Origin: an uncultured Gammaproteobacteria bacterium | Lineage (GTDB): Bacteria; Patescibacteriota; Patescibacteriia; UBA10025; JAHIVO01 | Length of the DNA: 64,000 bases | Assembly (NCBI GenBank): GCA_964592105.1 | Contig: CAZQBL010000007.1 | Location: 58,013-122,012 of the forward strand | Direction of reading: 5' to 3' | Shown: in pieces, positions 33,149-43,752 of the stretch | Layout of the letters: each line of letters begins with the position of its first letter | How positions within the stretch are numbered: the first letter of the stretch is position 1 | Notes under the pieces: generated by a model | Database searches by the model: none | The model's input: only the letters and a program-made list of their open reading frames with translations | What the model was told of the DNA's origin: nothing | Made by a program: the position numbers and the translations under genes

Positions 33149-35269
33149 TCACAATTCGGTATTAACGCTAGGATTAGTATCTGTATTTGTATTGGAATTG
33201 GTGTCGACCGACTTGATAACCCGGCTTTTACCGGTAACCAGTGGGTCGCTGGATAAATCCGTGGTCACGGCTGGTTGAATTTTTGAGATTTTTTCACTTG
33301 TAAAAGTATCTTCGGCTAAAAGCTGCGTTTCGCCTAATAGATTAAGTTCATGACCGATATCACCAGCCTGGGGTGTTACGCTTACAGAAAAACTAGCTTC
33401 CAGCTCGGCAATAGTCTGGCCGACCTGCGGGGGGATTTTATTTACGGTCCAACTGAGCATTCTGGTAGCAGGTTCATAGCTGAAATTACCAGCCGAAACC
33501 CTGGCATCGTTTACCCAATTCACTCCTGAAGGCAGTGTGGCGGACACAACCACATCCTTTATCTCATTGGCGTTATTCCGCAGATACCAGTAAATTTTAT
33601 AAACGGTGGTCTTACCCACTTCCGGCGGTAAAGGCCCTCTGCCCACTGGCAAATACTGATCATCATAATACCTGCCCTCGACCCGCAAATCAGCACGAGT
33701 TGTTAATTTGGTGGTAATATCATTGCTTTGAACCTCGAGCGGCAGGCCGTCTAAATCGACAACGTTATTTGAACTCGCTGCGGCTTTACTGATCAAAATA
33801 TAATTTTTATCACTAGGTCTCTGGGCCACCACTGAATCCTTGATTTTTATTTTGAAAGAAATCTCCCCACCCTCACCGGGCGGCACCGACTTCAGCGCCG
33901 GCATACTGCCTTCATTCCATTTAATTTTTCTACCGCTGACCTCGCCAGTCACCGGCATCTGGAGTGTGCTCCAATCAAAAAGCTCACCATCAAGCTCCAC
34001 GCTGACAATCATATTGTTAATGACGGACTGACTGTCATTCTGATATTTAACCAAATACTCCAGCTCCTCGCCGAAATGGCCGACATTATTGGTTGTGCTG
34101 CCATTTATGGATAAAGACAGGATGAGCTGAGGATTGACGATAAAAATTATAGCCGACTCTTCATTCTGCTTGTGATATTGCCTCTGGGCGTCCAAATAAC
34201 CCAATTCTGTTTTTAATTCACGGGCAGAACCCTCCTTGGCCGTAATTGTCCCCTGCCAGGATATTGTCTTGGTTTCTTTACTGTCGATTTTATCGAACTC
34301 CCAAACGTTTCCGGACTTAGTCGCTGGCGGATCAAAAGCTGAAACCAATAGATCGTCAGGCAGTACCAAAGTGAACTGTACATGTTCGAATTGTTCTTTA
34401 GAATTATTGGTAATAATTATTTTATAATCAGCCCGCTTGCCGCTGACGACCTTGGTCGGCACCGATAAATCTAAATCCAAAGCCGAACCCGAGATCACCA
34501 AACTAAAATCGCTAGCTCTCGTAAAATCCGAATTAAAGTTAGCCGGACGATAAATCATGACCAAGTGGAAATTTACTGAACTTCCTTTATCGGCGGTTAA
34601 GATGCCGATGATTTGAATTTTTTTTGCCGCCCCGGATTTTATACTATTCAATTTCCAGGTATTGCCGGCTTCGTCATCCGGCGAGGGCGAAGCACTGCGC
34701 AACTCAAAACTGGCCGGGGCCTGAAGTATCAGTTCAGCATTTTTTATATCCACGGCGCCGTTATTGACCGCTTCCATGGTAAAAGTGAATTCCTCCCCAG
34801 AAGCAATACTAGTCGGCAACTTGGTGTTGATAACGATATCCTCTTCATTGAACTTATCTCCCCGCTGAATAAAAAAATAAAAACCCGCCAGTGTGGCCAG
34901 TAATAATATTAATAAAATACCTATAATTAAACCAATAATTTTTTTCTTTCGGTTGGGGTCCCGCCTGACTATTGTTTTCATATCAACTTTATCTTCATTG
35001 TCAGTCCGGTAGAGAGCTGCAAAATTTTCCGCCGTGGCATCTTCGGATTCTTTTTTTCCTTTAGCTGGGCTATGCTCTTCTGCCGGGGTTATCACTATTT
35101 TTGTCACAGTTTCGGACTTTTCTGAATCGACCGCTTGTCCGGATAATAATTCTTTTATCTCCGCCCGGGCTCGCTCAAGTTTTTTATCCTCTTTTGAGCT
35201 GTCCTGGCCCGAATTTGTATTTTTGGTTTTCGTGGTGTTGGTGTTTGTATTTTTTAGTTGACGTGCCAT
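33149..35269 (-). CDS. large membrane-anchored extracellular repeat protein (DUF11/Ig-like beta domains)
   Basis: Charged low-complexity N-terminus (NTNTNT, K/E-rich), one TM helix (~res 115-135), then ~550 aa of beta-rich repeats; NTNTDTN low complexity at the C-terminus. Confidence 0.55.
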   Translation of the reverse strand: MARQLKNTNTNTTKTKNTNSGQDSSKEDKKLERARAEIKELLSGQAVDSEKSETVTKIVITPAEEHSPAKGKKESEDATAENFAALYRTDNEDKVDMKTIVRRDPNRKKKIIGLIIGILLILLLATLAGFYFFIQRGDKFNEEDIVINTKLPTSIASGEEFTFTMEAVNNGAVDIKNAELILQAPASFELRSASPSPDDEAGNTWKLNSIKSGAAKKIQIIGILTADKGSSVNFHLVMIYRPANFNSDFTRASDFSLVISGSALDLDLSVPTKVVSGKRADYKIIITNNSKEQFEHVQFTLVLPDDLLVSAFDPPATKSGNVWEFDKIDSKETKTISWQGTITAKEGSARELKTELGYLDAQRQYHKQNEESAIIFIVNPQLILSLSINGSTTNNVGHFGEELEYLVKYQNDSQSVINNMIVSVELDGELFDWSTLQMPVTGEVSGRKIKWNEGSMPALKSVPPGEGGEISFKIKIKDSVVAQRPSDKNYILISKAAASSNNVVDLDGLPLEVQSNDITTKLTTRADLRVEGRYYDDQYLPVGRGPLPPEVGKTTVYKIYWYLRNNANEIKDVVVSATLPSGVNWVNDARVSAGNFSYEPATRMLSWTVNKIPPQVGQTIAELEASFSVSVTPQAGDIGHELNLLGETQLLAEDTFTSEKISKIQPAVTTDLSSDPLVTGKSRVIKSVDTNSNTNTDTNPSVNTEL

Positions 35270-35343
35270 ATGATTATATTATAGCAGATATTTACCCACT
35301 GACAAATAATTCCTCTTACAGAGACTTTTGACAACGTGAAATT

Positions 35344-36087
35344 CTATAAAGAAATGTTGCCGACGATTTTATCTTCCAGTATGTAATTCAAAAAATCTTC
35401 AGTCAAAGATGATAGCTCCGACTCCAATTTTTTTGCCAATTTTAATCTGCCCGCTTCTCTTAAAGATGAAGTATAAATTAACCTCAATACCTTCAGGGCG
35501 TTTTCCGAGATAAGTCTGTCTTCCTTAAGTTCATGATTACAGGCCAAGCAAATAACCCCGCCTCTTTTGTTACTAAAATAATTGAAGCCCGGCGGTATCG
35601 GTTGGCCACAGCCCTGACATTTATACAACTCCGGCTGATAACCCAAGCTAACCAAATACCGCCAAACAAAATAAAACTTTACCAAGAGGAGTTTGCTGTT
35701 TTTAATTTCCGGGGCTTCGAGATAATACAGCGACTCCAAAAGCAATTGGAAAATCCTGGTATCCTTCTGGTGTTCTTTGGTGGAACTATTAACGAGATAA
35801 CAAAACCAGCCAGCCAGCCAAATCTTAGTCAGACTGTTTTTTATATTTTTGAAATTAGTTATCACATCAGAACCGACTACAGTGTCGTGATTCTTGCCTT
35901 GAGCCACCATGACCTTAGTCAATATTAGCGGCTCCAGACTGCCAGCCAGTTTACTGGTTATCTTCCGAGCGCCTTTGGCCAGAAGTTTTATTTTTCCATA
36001 TTCTTCAGAATAAATAAACAAGAGCTTATCGGCTTCGCGCCAATTCTGGTGCCTAATTATTATCCCGTGCGCATTATAAACGCCCAT
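35344..36087 (-). CDS. recO: DNA repair protein RecO
   Basis: N-terminal OB-fold sequence and the C-terminal zinc-binding CQGCG...CLAC. Confidence 0.8.
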   Translation of the reverse strand: MGVYNAHGIIIRHQNWREADKLLFIYSEEYGKIKLLAKGARKITSKLAGSLEPLILTKVMVAQGKNHDTVVGSDVITNFKNIKNSLTKIWLAGWFCYLVNSSTKEHQKDTRIFQLLLESLYYLEAPEIKNSKLLLVKFYFVWRYLVSLGYQPELYKCQGCGQPIPPGFNYFSNKRGGVICLACNHELKEDRLISENALKVLRLIYTSSLREAGRLKLAKKLESELSSLTEDFLNYILEDKIVGNISL

Positions 36088-36099
36088 GGAATCATGAAA

Positions 36100-39000
36100 T
36101 TACTTTTTTTTAATGGCCAAAGTTATATTTTTACCGTTAATCTTCAGAATCTTCTTTAAATCCACATTATCAGGAAGACCCTTCAAACAATCAACCGCCA
36201 ATACCTCTTGACAAACAATATTTTTGTAATGTAAAAAAGTTCCGGATAATTCCTTGCTGGGTATTTCATAATAAACCGTCACCGAGTCGTTAATCGTCAG
36301 CTTGGCGTCTTTGCGCATGGCGTTTATATGACGCACTATTTCGCGGATCAGACCTTTCTGTTTCAATTCATCGGTGATAGTAATATCCAGGGCGACTTTC
36401 AAACCGCCGCCCTCTTTGGAAACGAATTCGTCTCCTGAAGGAAGTTTTGGCACAAAAACAACATCCTCAACATTCATTTCTTCCTTAAGTATAGCTTTAA
36501 AACTTTCCTCCAGCTGATTATGGGCTACAATGAATTGTGCCAGAGGCTGGCGGACTTTTAAACTGCACTCTTTGCGCAAAGCATGGCCGAGTTCAACCGC
36601 CTGCCTGACGACCTGCATTTTTTTCAGTAATTCCTGATCAAACATATCTGGCCCGACCTCCGGCCATTTTTCCAAATGAACGCTCGGTTGCTTACCATAT
36701 AATTCACTGTAAATTTTTTCGGCAATAAATGGTGCAAACGGAGCTAATAATTTCACCAACTGCGTTAAAACATGATGCAAAGTGGACAAAGCTTGTTGTT
36801 TATCCGCGCCTTCTTTTTTAAACCGGCTACGTGAGCGGCGAACATACCAAGTGGACAGTTCGGCAATGAATTCACCGATCGCCCGACCGGCTTCTGTCAC
36901 CTGATATTTATTTAATCCGTCCGTAACTGTTTTGATCAGGGCGTTCAATTTTGCCATCACCCAGCGATCCAGAATGTGTGAAGCACTGTTTACGGTTAAC
37001 TGATTACTGTCTAAGGTGGACTGATTATCATACATTTTCCAGAACGAAAATATATTCCACAAAATAAGCCAGTTCTTCTTGACTACATCCTCAAGGTTTT
37101 TTTCATCGAATAACTTAGTGTCGCCCGGCTGATTCACGGTGTAGAGATGCCAACGCAGGGTATCGGCTCCATATTTATCGATCATGGCGAACGGATCAAC
37201 TATATTACCTTTGGACTTGGACATCTTCTGACCCTTAGCATCTAAAATCAAATTCAGGCAAATAACATTTTTATAGGGCGCACCCTTGCCCAATAATGTT
37301 GAAATAGCCAGTAAAGTATAAAACCAGCCGCGCGTCTGATCAATGGCTTCGGCTATATATTCGGCCGGAAAACTTAAACCTTGATCAACTCTCTCTTTAT
37401 TGGCGAACGGATAATGCCATTGAGCAAACGGCATAGCCCCTGAATCAAACCACACGTCAATCACCTCTTTTACCCGATGCATTTTCCCGCCGCATTCGCA
37501 TTTTAATTTTATGTCATCGACAAATGGGCGGTGTAAGTCGAGCGCGTCGCTTGTAGCGAGTGGCTTATGTTTTTTTGTCGCATGCCACATGCCACGCGCT
37601 TTTAATTCATCAATACTACCGATACACTCTTTCTTATTGCATTGCTCACATTCCCAAATTGGCAGTGGCGCGCCCCAATACCGCTCGCGGGAGAACGCCC
37701 AATCTTTCAACTCATTCAACCACTCGCCAAAACGGCCCTGCTTGATGTAGCCAGGCACCCAATTAATGCTCTGGTTGTTTTTTATCAATTGCTCCTTCAA
37801 CGCACTCATCCGAATAAACCAAGAGTCTTTGGCGTAATACAAGAGCGGCGTATTACAGCGCCAACAGAAGGGATAGTCATGCGTGTACATTTCTTCTTTA
37901 TACAACAATTCACGCTGGCGTAAATCACTCACAATACTTCTCTCTACTTCCTTATCCTTAACAAATCGGCCAGCCCACTTTGATACTTCTTTGGTAAAAT
38001 TACCATATTCATCCACCGTATGATGTTTGGGCAAGCCAACCTTCTCCCCCAGGCTATAATCGTCCTCGCCATACATGACCGCCGTGTGTACCACACCAGT
38101 ACCGTCTTCAATGGTAACAAAATCGGCCGCATAAACCTGATGCGTCTTGTCCGTACGCAACGGCTTGATATCATACAGCGGGATATATTTCAGGCCTACC
38201 AAGTCACGGCCTTGGAACTCCTTCTCAATTTTATATTCCCCCACCAATCGTCCCAGAGCGGCCTTGGCTAAAATATATGTCTCGCCCTCCTGCTCAACAG
38301 CCACATATTCGATATCCGCCCCGACCGCCAAGGCTACGTTGCCAGGCAAGGTCCAAGGCGTGGTCGTCCAGGACAATATAAATAAATCATCTTTAACTTT
38401 TGGCATGACTTTTTCAGGATTAACTACTAAAAACTTCACGTAAACGGAATTCTCACTCACGGAATCATAGCCTTGGGCGACTTCGTGGGACGATAAGGCC
38501 GTCCCGCAGCGCGGGCAGTGCGGCACGACTTTGTGACCTTTATACAACAAATCCTTATCCCAAATCTGTTTGATAATCCACCATAAAGATTCAATATATT
38601 CATTCTCATAGGTCACATACGGATGCTCCAAATCCAGCCAGTAGCCAATACGGCGAGTCATGTCCTCCCAGACTTTTCGATATCTCCAAACGCTCTCTTT
38701 GCATCTCTGATTAAACTTCTCTATGCCATATTTTTCAATCAAATCTTTAGTTGTTTGTAATTTAACCGAAGAGTGCAAATATGCTTCTTCCTTCATCTTC
38801 TCACTATTTTCTTTCCATTCAATATTTTTAACTTTTTTCTCCTCTAACTGTATTTCTTTTTCTACCTGAAGTTCAACAGGCAAACCATGTGTGTCCCAAC
38901 CGGCTTTACGCTCAACAAAAAACCCCTGCATGGTTTTAAACCGACAGATAATATCTTTATAGGCCCGCGCCAAAACATGATGAATACCCGGCTTGCCATT

Positions 39001-39189
39001 GGCCGTGGGCGGACCCTCAAAAAAAACAAAATGCTTACCGGCCTTAGTTTTGTCTAAAGTCTTTTGAAAAATTTTTTCTTTTTCCCAAAATTTGAGAATC
39101 TTTTCCTCCATCTTGGGAAAATCTATCTTATCACTTTTCTGTTGTGCTGGTTCCATATGATAATCATTATTGTACAAAAAAACATCCAA
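36100..39189 (-). CDS. ileS: isoleucyl-tRNA synthetase (long, type-2-like form)
   Basis: PPTANGKPGIHHVLAR (HIGH region), KMSKSKGN, CP1 editing domain, zinc-binding cysteines; 1029 aa. Confidence 0.9.
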   Translation of the reverse strand: MDVFLYNNDYHMEPAQQKSDKIDFPKMEEKILKFWEKEKIFQKTLDKTKAGKHFVFFEGPPTANGKPGIHHVLARAYKDIICRFKTMQGFFVERKAGWDTHGLPVELQVEKEIQLEEKKVKNIEWKENSEKMKEEAYLHSSVKLQTTKDLIEKYGIEKFNQRCKESVWRYRKVWEDMTRRIGYWLDLEHPYVTYENEYIESLWWIIKQIWDKDLLYKGHKVVPHCPRCGTALSSHEVAQGYDSVSENSVYVKFLVVNPEKVMPKVKDDLFILSWTTTPWTLPGNVALAVGADIEYVAVEQEGETYILAKAALGRLVGEYKIEKEFQGRDLVGLKYIPLYDIKPLRTDKTHQVYAADFVTIEDGTGVVHTAVMYGEDDYSLGEKVGLPKHHTVDEYGNFTKEVSKWAGRFVKDKEVERSIVSDLRQRELLYKEEMYTHDYPFCWRCNTPLLYYAKDSWFIRMSALKEQLIKNNQSINWVPGYIKQGRFGEWLNELKDWAFSRERYWGAPLPIWECEQCNKKECIGSIDELKARGMWHATKKHKPLATSDALDLHRPFVDDIKLKCECGGKMHRVKEVIDVWFDSGAMPFAQWHYPFANKERVDQGLSFPAEYIAEAIDQTRGWFYTLLAISTLLGKGAPYKNVICLNLILDAKGQKMSKSKGNIVDPFAMIDKYGADTLRWHLYTVNQPGDTKLFDEKNLEDVVKKNWLILWNIFSFWKMYDNQSTLDSNQLTVNSASHILDRWVMAKLNALIKTVTDGLNKYQVTEAGRAIGEFIAELSTWYVRRSRSRFKKEGADKQQALSTLHHVLTQLVKLLAPFAPFIAEKIYSELYGKQPSVHLEKWPEVGPDMFDQELLKKMQVVRQAVELGHALRKECSLKVRQPLAQFIVAHNQLEESFKAILKEEMNVEDVVFVPKLPSGDEFVSKEGGGLKVALDITITDELKQKGLIREIVRHINAMRKDAKLTINDSVTVYYEIPSKELSGTFLHYKNIVCQEVLAVDCLKGLPDNVDLKKILKINGKNITLAIKKK

Positions 39190-39405
39190 ATTAACAAGTC
39201 CTATACAGTTAACAATTAAAAATTACGGTTTAACGGTCTTGGGTTGATAGTGTTCATTAGGTAATCAATGAGATAGCAAACACCATGTCATAACCAATCA
39301 TGCAAATATGTAAAATCAAATTAGCCTCAATCCAACTCTTTATACCAAGAATATTATAATTCTCGGCAAAGACGCTATCAGAACTACCTGACCAACAGAC
39401 ACAAA

Positions 39406-40044
39406 TTATAACATCACCGTTATTATCTCCACAAAAAATACCAGGATAACAAAAATAATAGAAAAGAAGTAAGTTACGGACACACTAATTTTACCAAACT
39501 TTAATCGGGGATAATAATTGCCAAAATCGGTATTCAACTCTGAAACTTTCACTACCGAATTAAACACGTACCACATAAATCTTATATGATCAATCCACCA
39601 GAAAAAGGCACTGACAATTATGACAAATAAATGCGTATCCCCGCCAAACATAATAAATGGTAAAGTCAGCAGTAAGGGCCACATTGCGCCGAACAAGGTA
39701 AGGTGATAGGTGGCGACTACCGGTATGCCCATTCGATGACCATAAACTAGTGCGGCCCAAGCCAGCGAAAAAGGACTGTGGAAATGCATGACGTCAGGCT
39801 GAAAATCTTGGATTATTTTTTTGACTTTGATAGGCAGAGCGTATGGGTATTGTTTATATATTGGCAATGTAAAAGACGGCACGCAGATCATAGGAGCGTC
39901 CTGGTGTTCTGCAGTGGGCAGTTTACCGGTCACAAATAAACTTGTTATCCGACGCTTATTAAAATAGTCGATCAGCCTATAAATATAACGAGCCACGCCG
40001 TCAACATTATATTCCATTGATTCGGCAAAGTGTAACAATCTCAT
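39406..40044 (-). CDS. GT4-family glycosyltransferase N-terminal-domain fragment fused to a hydrophobic tail (probable gene remnant)
   Basis: Residues 1-115 match the GT4 N-domain (DGVARYIY...FQPDVMHFHSPFSLAWAALVYGHRMGIPVVATYH). After ATYH the sequence becomes hydrophobic. No catalytic C-domain (EX7E) exists in any frame downstream. Confidence 0.35.
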   Translation of the reverse strand: MRLLHFAESMEYNVDGVARYIYRLIDYFNKRRITSLFVTGKLPTAEHQDAPMICVPSFTLPIYKQYPYALPIKVKKIIQDFQPDVMHFHSPFSLAWAALVYGHRMGIPVVATYHLTLFGAMWPLLLTLPFIMFGGDTHLFVIIVSAFFWWIDHIRFMWYVFNSVVKVSELNTDFGNYYPRLKFGKISVSVTYFFSIIFVILVFFVEIITVML

Positions 40045-40051
40045 ATTTTTT

Positions 40052-40342
40052 TTAATTATAATTCCCCGATATATTAGCCAGAAGCAATTTAATTATAATC
40101 GGTAAAAAAAGTTTAACCTGGCTCAGCTCTCCGCCTTTAACTAGACTAATACTTCTTTGGCTTAGATAAAATAATTGCGCTAGGAATCCAATTAAAGCCT
40201 TATTAGCCTTGCCCTTCTCCGGACAGATCGTGATTTTAATTTTTAAAAAATCGTCGAGAGTGTCGACGATCTGATTTTCTCTGGCATAAGTCAATAATTT
40301 AACCTGAACGATAACGCCATCTTCATGCTGGTGATACCACAT
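40052..40342 (-). CDS. DUF167 / YggU-family protein
   Basis: GKANKALIGFLAQLF...SISLVKGGELSQVKL matches the YggU consensus (GkAN.ali.fLa....v.iv.G..s..K). Confidence 0.6.
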   Translation of the reverse strand: MWYHQHEDGVIVQVKLLTYARENQIVDTLDDFLKIKITICPEKGKANKALIGFLAQLFYLSQRSISLVKGGELSQVKLFLPIIIKLLLANISGNYN

Positions 40343-40343
40343 A

Positions 40344-41480
40344 TTACTTCTTCAAGCTTTCGTACACCTTAATGGTTTCCAGCGCGCACTTCTCCCAGGA
40401 AAACTTCTTAGCTTGTTCGAGGCCCTTCTGCTTAAGACTATCCTGAAGTTTCTTATCCTCCAATAATCTTTGCAGAGCTCGGGCGATATCCTGTTCTTTC
40501 TCCGGATCAACCAATAAAGCTGCTTTCCCGGCTACTTCCGGCATTGATGAAACATTACTAGTAATTACCGGCGTACCTAGAGCCATAGCCTCCAAAACTG
40601 GCAGGCCAAAACCCTCATAACTAGAAGGGAAAGCAAAACAAACAGCTTTTTTCAGTAATTCTATTTTCTGATTTTGAGTGACATAGCCAATACATTTCAC
40701 CTGTTTGCTTAATCGTTCTGATTTAATCGCTGAAAAAATATCCTCACTTTTATAGCCGCTGGCACCAGCCAAGATCAGCTGATAAGCACTATGGGTCGGA
40801 CTGGCATCCAAAAAAATCTTAAAGGCACGCACTAAAGAAATTAAATTCTTTCGCGGCTCCAAAGTTCCAATAAAAAGAACGTATTTAGAGCCAATTTTGA
40901 ACTTGATTAACGAATCAAGGTCTTTGCTTTTCACTGGAATCTTATTAACTACTGCGCCTTCGTAGACAACCCTGATTTTCTTATCGGGGACATTGAAAAT
41001 TTCTTTGAGATCTTTTTTGGTACTTTGCGAGACGGCAATAATTCTGTCAGCTTTTTTCAGACTCTGTGGGACCAGCAGTTTGGTTGAGAAAATCTGCCCG
41101 GGGAACCAGGCGGGATTTTTGTAAATCGCCAGATCATGCACGGTCACAATCGATTTTTTCGGATACGTCAGGGGCAATGATGTAATGGGCGAATGAAAAA
41201 TATCCAGGCCTTCTTTCATCAGATAGGCGGTGATCAGCATGTGCGAATAAGCAAAGGGTAAAAATTTATTATACTGCGAAAAAGGGAAATGCTTTATCTT
41301 TATATTTTTTTGTTCGAATTCCCTGGTGTCCTGGACTCGCCAGTCGAAATACAAAACGTACTCGTTTCTCTTATCGAGCTTAAGTAAGTTTTTTACTAAA
41401 TAATATGTATAGTGACCGACACCGGCACGTTCGCCTATTTTGGGATTTAAAATTGTTCTGCAATCAATGCCTATTCTCAT
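40344..41480 (-). CDS. GT4-family glycosyltransferase
   Basis: 378 aa, two Rossmann-like halves; C-terminal [30 protein letters not shown] (EX7E region). Confidence 0.8.
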   Translation of the reverse strand: MRIGIDCRTILNPKIGERAGVGHYTYYLVKNLLKLDKRNEYVLYFDWRVQDTREFEQKNIKIKHFPFSQYNKFLPFAYSHMLITAYLMKEGLDIFHSPITSLPLTYPKKSIVTVHDLAIYKNPAWFPGQIFSTKLLVPQSLKKADRIIAVSQSTKKDLKEIFNVPDKKIRVVYEGAVVNKIPVKSKDLDSLIKFKIGSKYVLFIGTLEPRKNLISLVRAFKIFLDASPTHSAYQLILAGASGYKSEDIFSAIKSERLSKQVKCIGYVTQNQKIELLKKAVCFAFPSSYEGFGLPVLEAMALGTPVITSNVSSMPEVAGKAALLVDPEKEQDIARALQRLLEDKKLQDSLKQKGLEQAKKFSWEKCALETIKVYESLKK

Positions 41481-41561
41481 ATTCGTTATAGTCTAATGTT
41501 TTCGTTATCCGCCCGTATCGGTATCATTTATCGATAGGGTCTTAAAGGTAGATAACGATAC

Positions 41562-43229
41562 CTACATTCTCTCTGGCGCACTAACTCCCATAGCGGACAA
41601 AACATTTTGTAAAACTATTTGCGTGGCCTGGACGAGCTTCAGCCGGCGCTCGTTGACGAGCTGACCATTGATCACCCGGCAACGAGTATAAAAATTATGA
41701 AACTGGGTGGCCAAATCAATAGCATATTGGGGCAATCGGTGCACCTGATAGCTCTGCGCGACCTCCAAAATCAATTCTGGCCAACGAAACAATAAAACGA
41801 TCAATGCCCGCTCTGATTTATCAAGAATCGCCCTCTTATCCGAATTTGCTCGACGCAATTCTTTGACTTTTCTTATTATACTACAAATCCTAGCGTAAGC
41901 ATACTGGACGTAAAAAACCGGATTTTCTTCTGATTTTTTCTTGGCCAGATCCAGATCAAAATCCATGTGCGTATTGAAATCATACATCAAAAAGAAAAAC
42001 CTAGCGGCATCCACACCAACCTCGTCCACTAGTTCTTCCAGAGTAACAAAGACTCCCGCCCGTTTAGACATTTTTAGTTCCTGACCTGATTTCATAAACC
42101 GTACCATCTGGGCAATGATGATGTCCAGTTTTTTATCCAACAAAAAAATCTTCATAGCCGCCTTCATTCTTGGCACATAACCGTGATGATCCGCGCCCCA
42201 AATGTCAATCACTTTATCAAACTTCCTGGTAACCAATTTATTCCAGTGATAAGCGATGTCAGAAAGAAAATAAACTGGCTCCTCGTTGGCTTTGACTAGT
42301 ACACGGTCTTTCTCATCACCGAATGCTTTCGTCTTAAGCCAGATGGCTCCTTCTGATTTATACAGCAAGCCTTTTTCTTTGAATGCTTTTAAGATTTTAT
42401 CTACCAAGCCGCTGGTATAAAGAGTGTGTTCGAAAAACCATTTATCATATTTGATGCCCAATTTTTTTGCCAACAGTTTTTTGCTGTTACCGATCATTTT
42501 CCGCAATATCCTCCCCTTTATTTTATCTTTAATATCATCAAGTCTCTGATTTTTATTAAGTTTGTAGTTGGGGAGGTACAGTTGCCTGGCCAGCCGATCT
42601 ATATACTCACCCTGGTAGCAATAGTCAGGATATTCCATTTTTATACCTTGATGCTGCCAATAGCGACGCAAAACAGATTCGGCTAGAATTTTTACCTGAT
42701 TACCCACGTCATTAACGTAGTATTCCCTCTGGACTTTATAACCGGCCAGAGATAAAACATTGGCCAGGACATCACCACCAAAGCCGCCCCGGCCGTTGCC
42801 CACAGTGATCGGCCCAGTCGGGTTGGCCGAAACGAATTCTACCTGAACTTTTTGACCTCGCCCTGCGTCTCCCCGACCAAAATTCTTTTTGGCCAGAATT
42901 ATACTTTCCGTTTGGCCAGTCAACCATTTTTCCTTTAAATAAAAGTTCAAAAACCCGGGTTTAACAACCTCGATTTTTGAAAACATTACTCCTGGCTTCA
43001 AAGACTTGCTAATGTTTTCAGCGATATCCAGCGGCGATTTGTGCAATTTTGGCGCCAGTTTCATGGCCAGACTCGAGGTGTAATCTCCGAATTTAATATC
43101 AGGCGGGTAATTAATGCCCGCCTTGAACTCCTGACCCCTCAACTCCGGCCAAATCTTTAAGGCTGTTTTAATTATTTTATTTTCCAGTTGCTGTTTGATG
43201 TTCATGACTAAATTATAACAATCCCCCAC
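41562..43229 (-). CDS. argS: arginyl-tRNA synthetase
   Basis: Arg_tRNA_synt_N-like start; SANPTGPITVGNGRGG (HIGH-equivalent); C-terminal DALR anticodon-binding domain. Confidence 0.9.
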   Translation of the reverse strand: MGDCYNLVMNIKQQLENKIIKTALKIWPELRGQEFKAGINYPPDIKFGDYTSSLAMKLAPKLHKSPLDIAENISKSLKPGVMFSKIEVVKPGFLNFYLKEKWLTGQTESIILAKKNFGRGDAGRGQKVQVEFVSANPTGPITVGNGRGGFGGDVLANVLSLAGYKVQREYYVNDVGNQVKILAESVLRRYWQHQGIKMEYPDYCYQGEYIDRLARQLYLPNYKLNKNQRLDDIKDKIKGRILRKMIGNSKKLLAKKLGIKYDKWFFEHTLYTSGLVDKILKAFKEKGLLYKSEGAIWLKTKAFGDEKDRVLVKANEEPVYFLSDIAYHWNKLVTRKFDKVIDIWGADHHGYVPRMKAAMKIFLLDKKLDIIIAQMVRFMKSGQELKMSKRAGVFVTLEELVDEVGVDAARFFFLMYDFNTHMDFDLDLAKKKSEENPVFYVQYAYARICSIIRKVKELRRANSDKRAILDKSERALIVLLFRWPELILEVAQSYQVHRLPQYAIDLATQFHNFYTRCRVINGQLVNERRLKLVQATQIVLQNVLSAMGVSAPERM

Positions 43230-43492
43230 ACCTTTTGTCTATGATGTATGAATCGGTCGTATTTTTTATAATCAATGAACACATACGAACCAACATTATT
43301 AGCATCATAATTATGTTATCAAACAAAAGATGTGGCGGATTGACAAATTAACCAAAAAGGTCTATTATTTTTTATTGATTTAACATAAAAAGCACCTTTT
43401 AAAAATGGAGGGATAAATGCCTCAAACCGAAGTTAAAATTCTTGGCATCAGCACGACCGGTCTGCTTTCTCTTCTCATAAATAATAAATAAA

Positions 43493-43510
43493 GATGATAA
43501 AAAAATCATC
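43493..43510 (-). terminator. weak AT-rich intrinsic terminator/attenuator hairpin in the argS leader
   Basis: Minus strand reads GATGAT-TTTTTT-ATCATC followed by TTTATTTATTATTTATG, ~265 nt upstream of the argS ATG on the same strand. Confidence 0.3.
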
Positions 43511-43752
43511 GGTTTACAACAGGAAGTCTTGCTGAGCTTATTAACCCTAAAAGAAATTAGCGGGCGGCGACTGATTATCTTTTGTTGCGTGACACCTCGC
43601 ACCTCCTTCAGTTATGGCCTACCCCTTATTTGCCGCACCGTACCAGAAACCCATGACCTGCCTGTTGTGTAATAATTATTAAAGACAAAGTATATAAACC
43701 ATATCTATCTATAAAATTTGTCAAGGGCGATTTCTCTCATTATAATAACCTC

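Noticed and set aside
43399-43602. 67-aa minus-strand ORF in the argS/smpB intergenic region
   Set aside because: It overlaps the structured leader element, has no SD and is low-complexity, so it is likely non-coding.
43230-43700. T-box riboswitch upstream of argS
   Set aside because: I searched the minus strand for the AAUUAGGGUGGNACCGCG T-box sequence and found nothing resembling it. The structured element is reported only as an unclassified leader.
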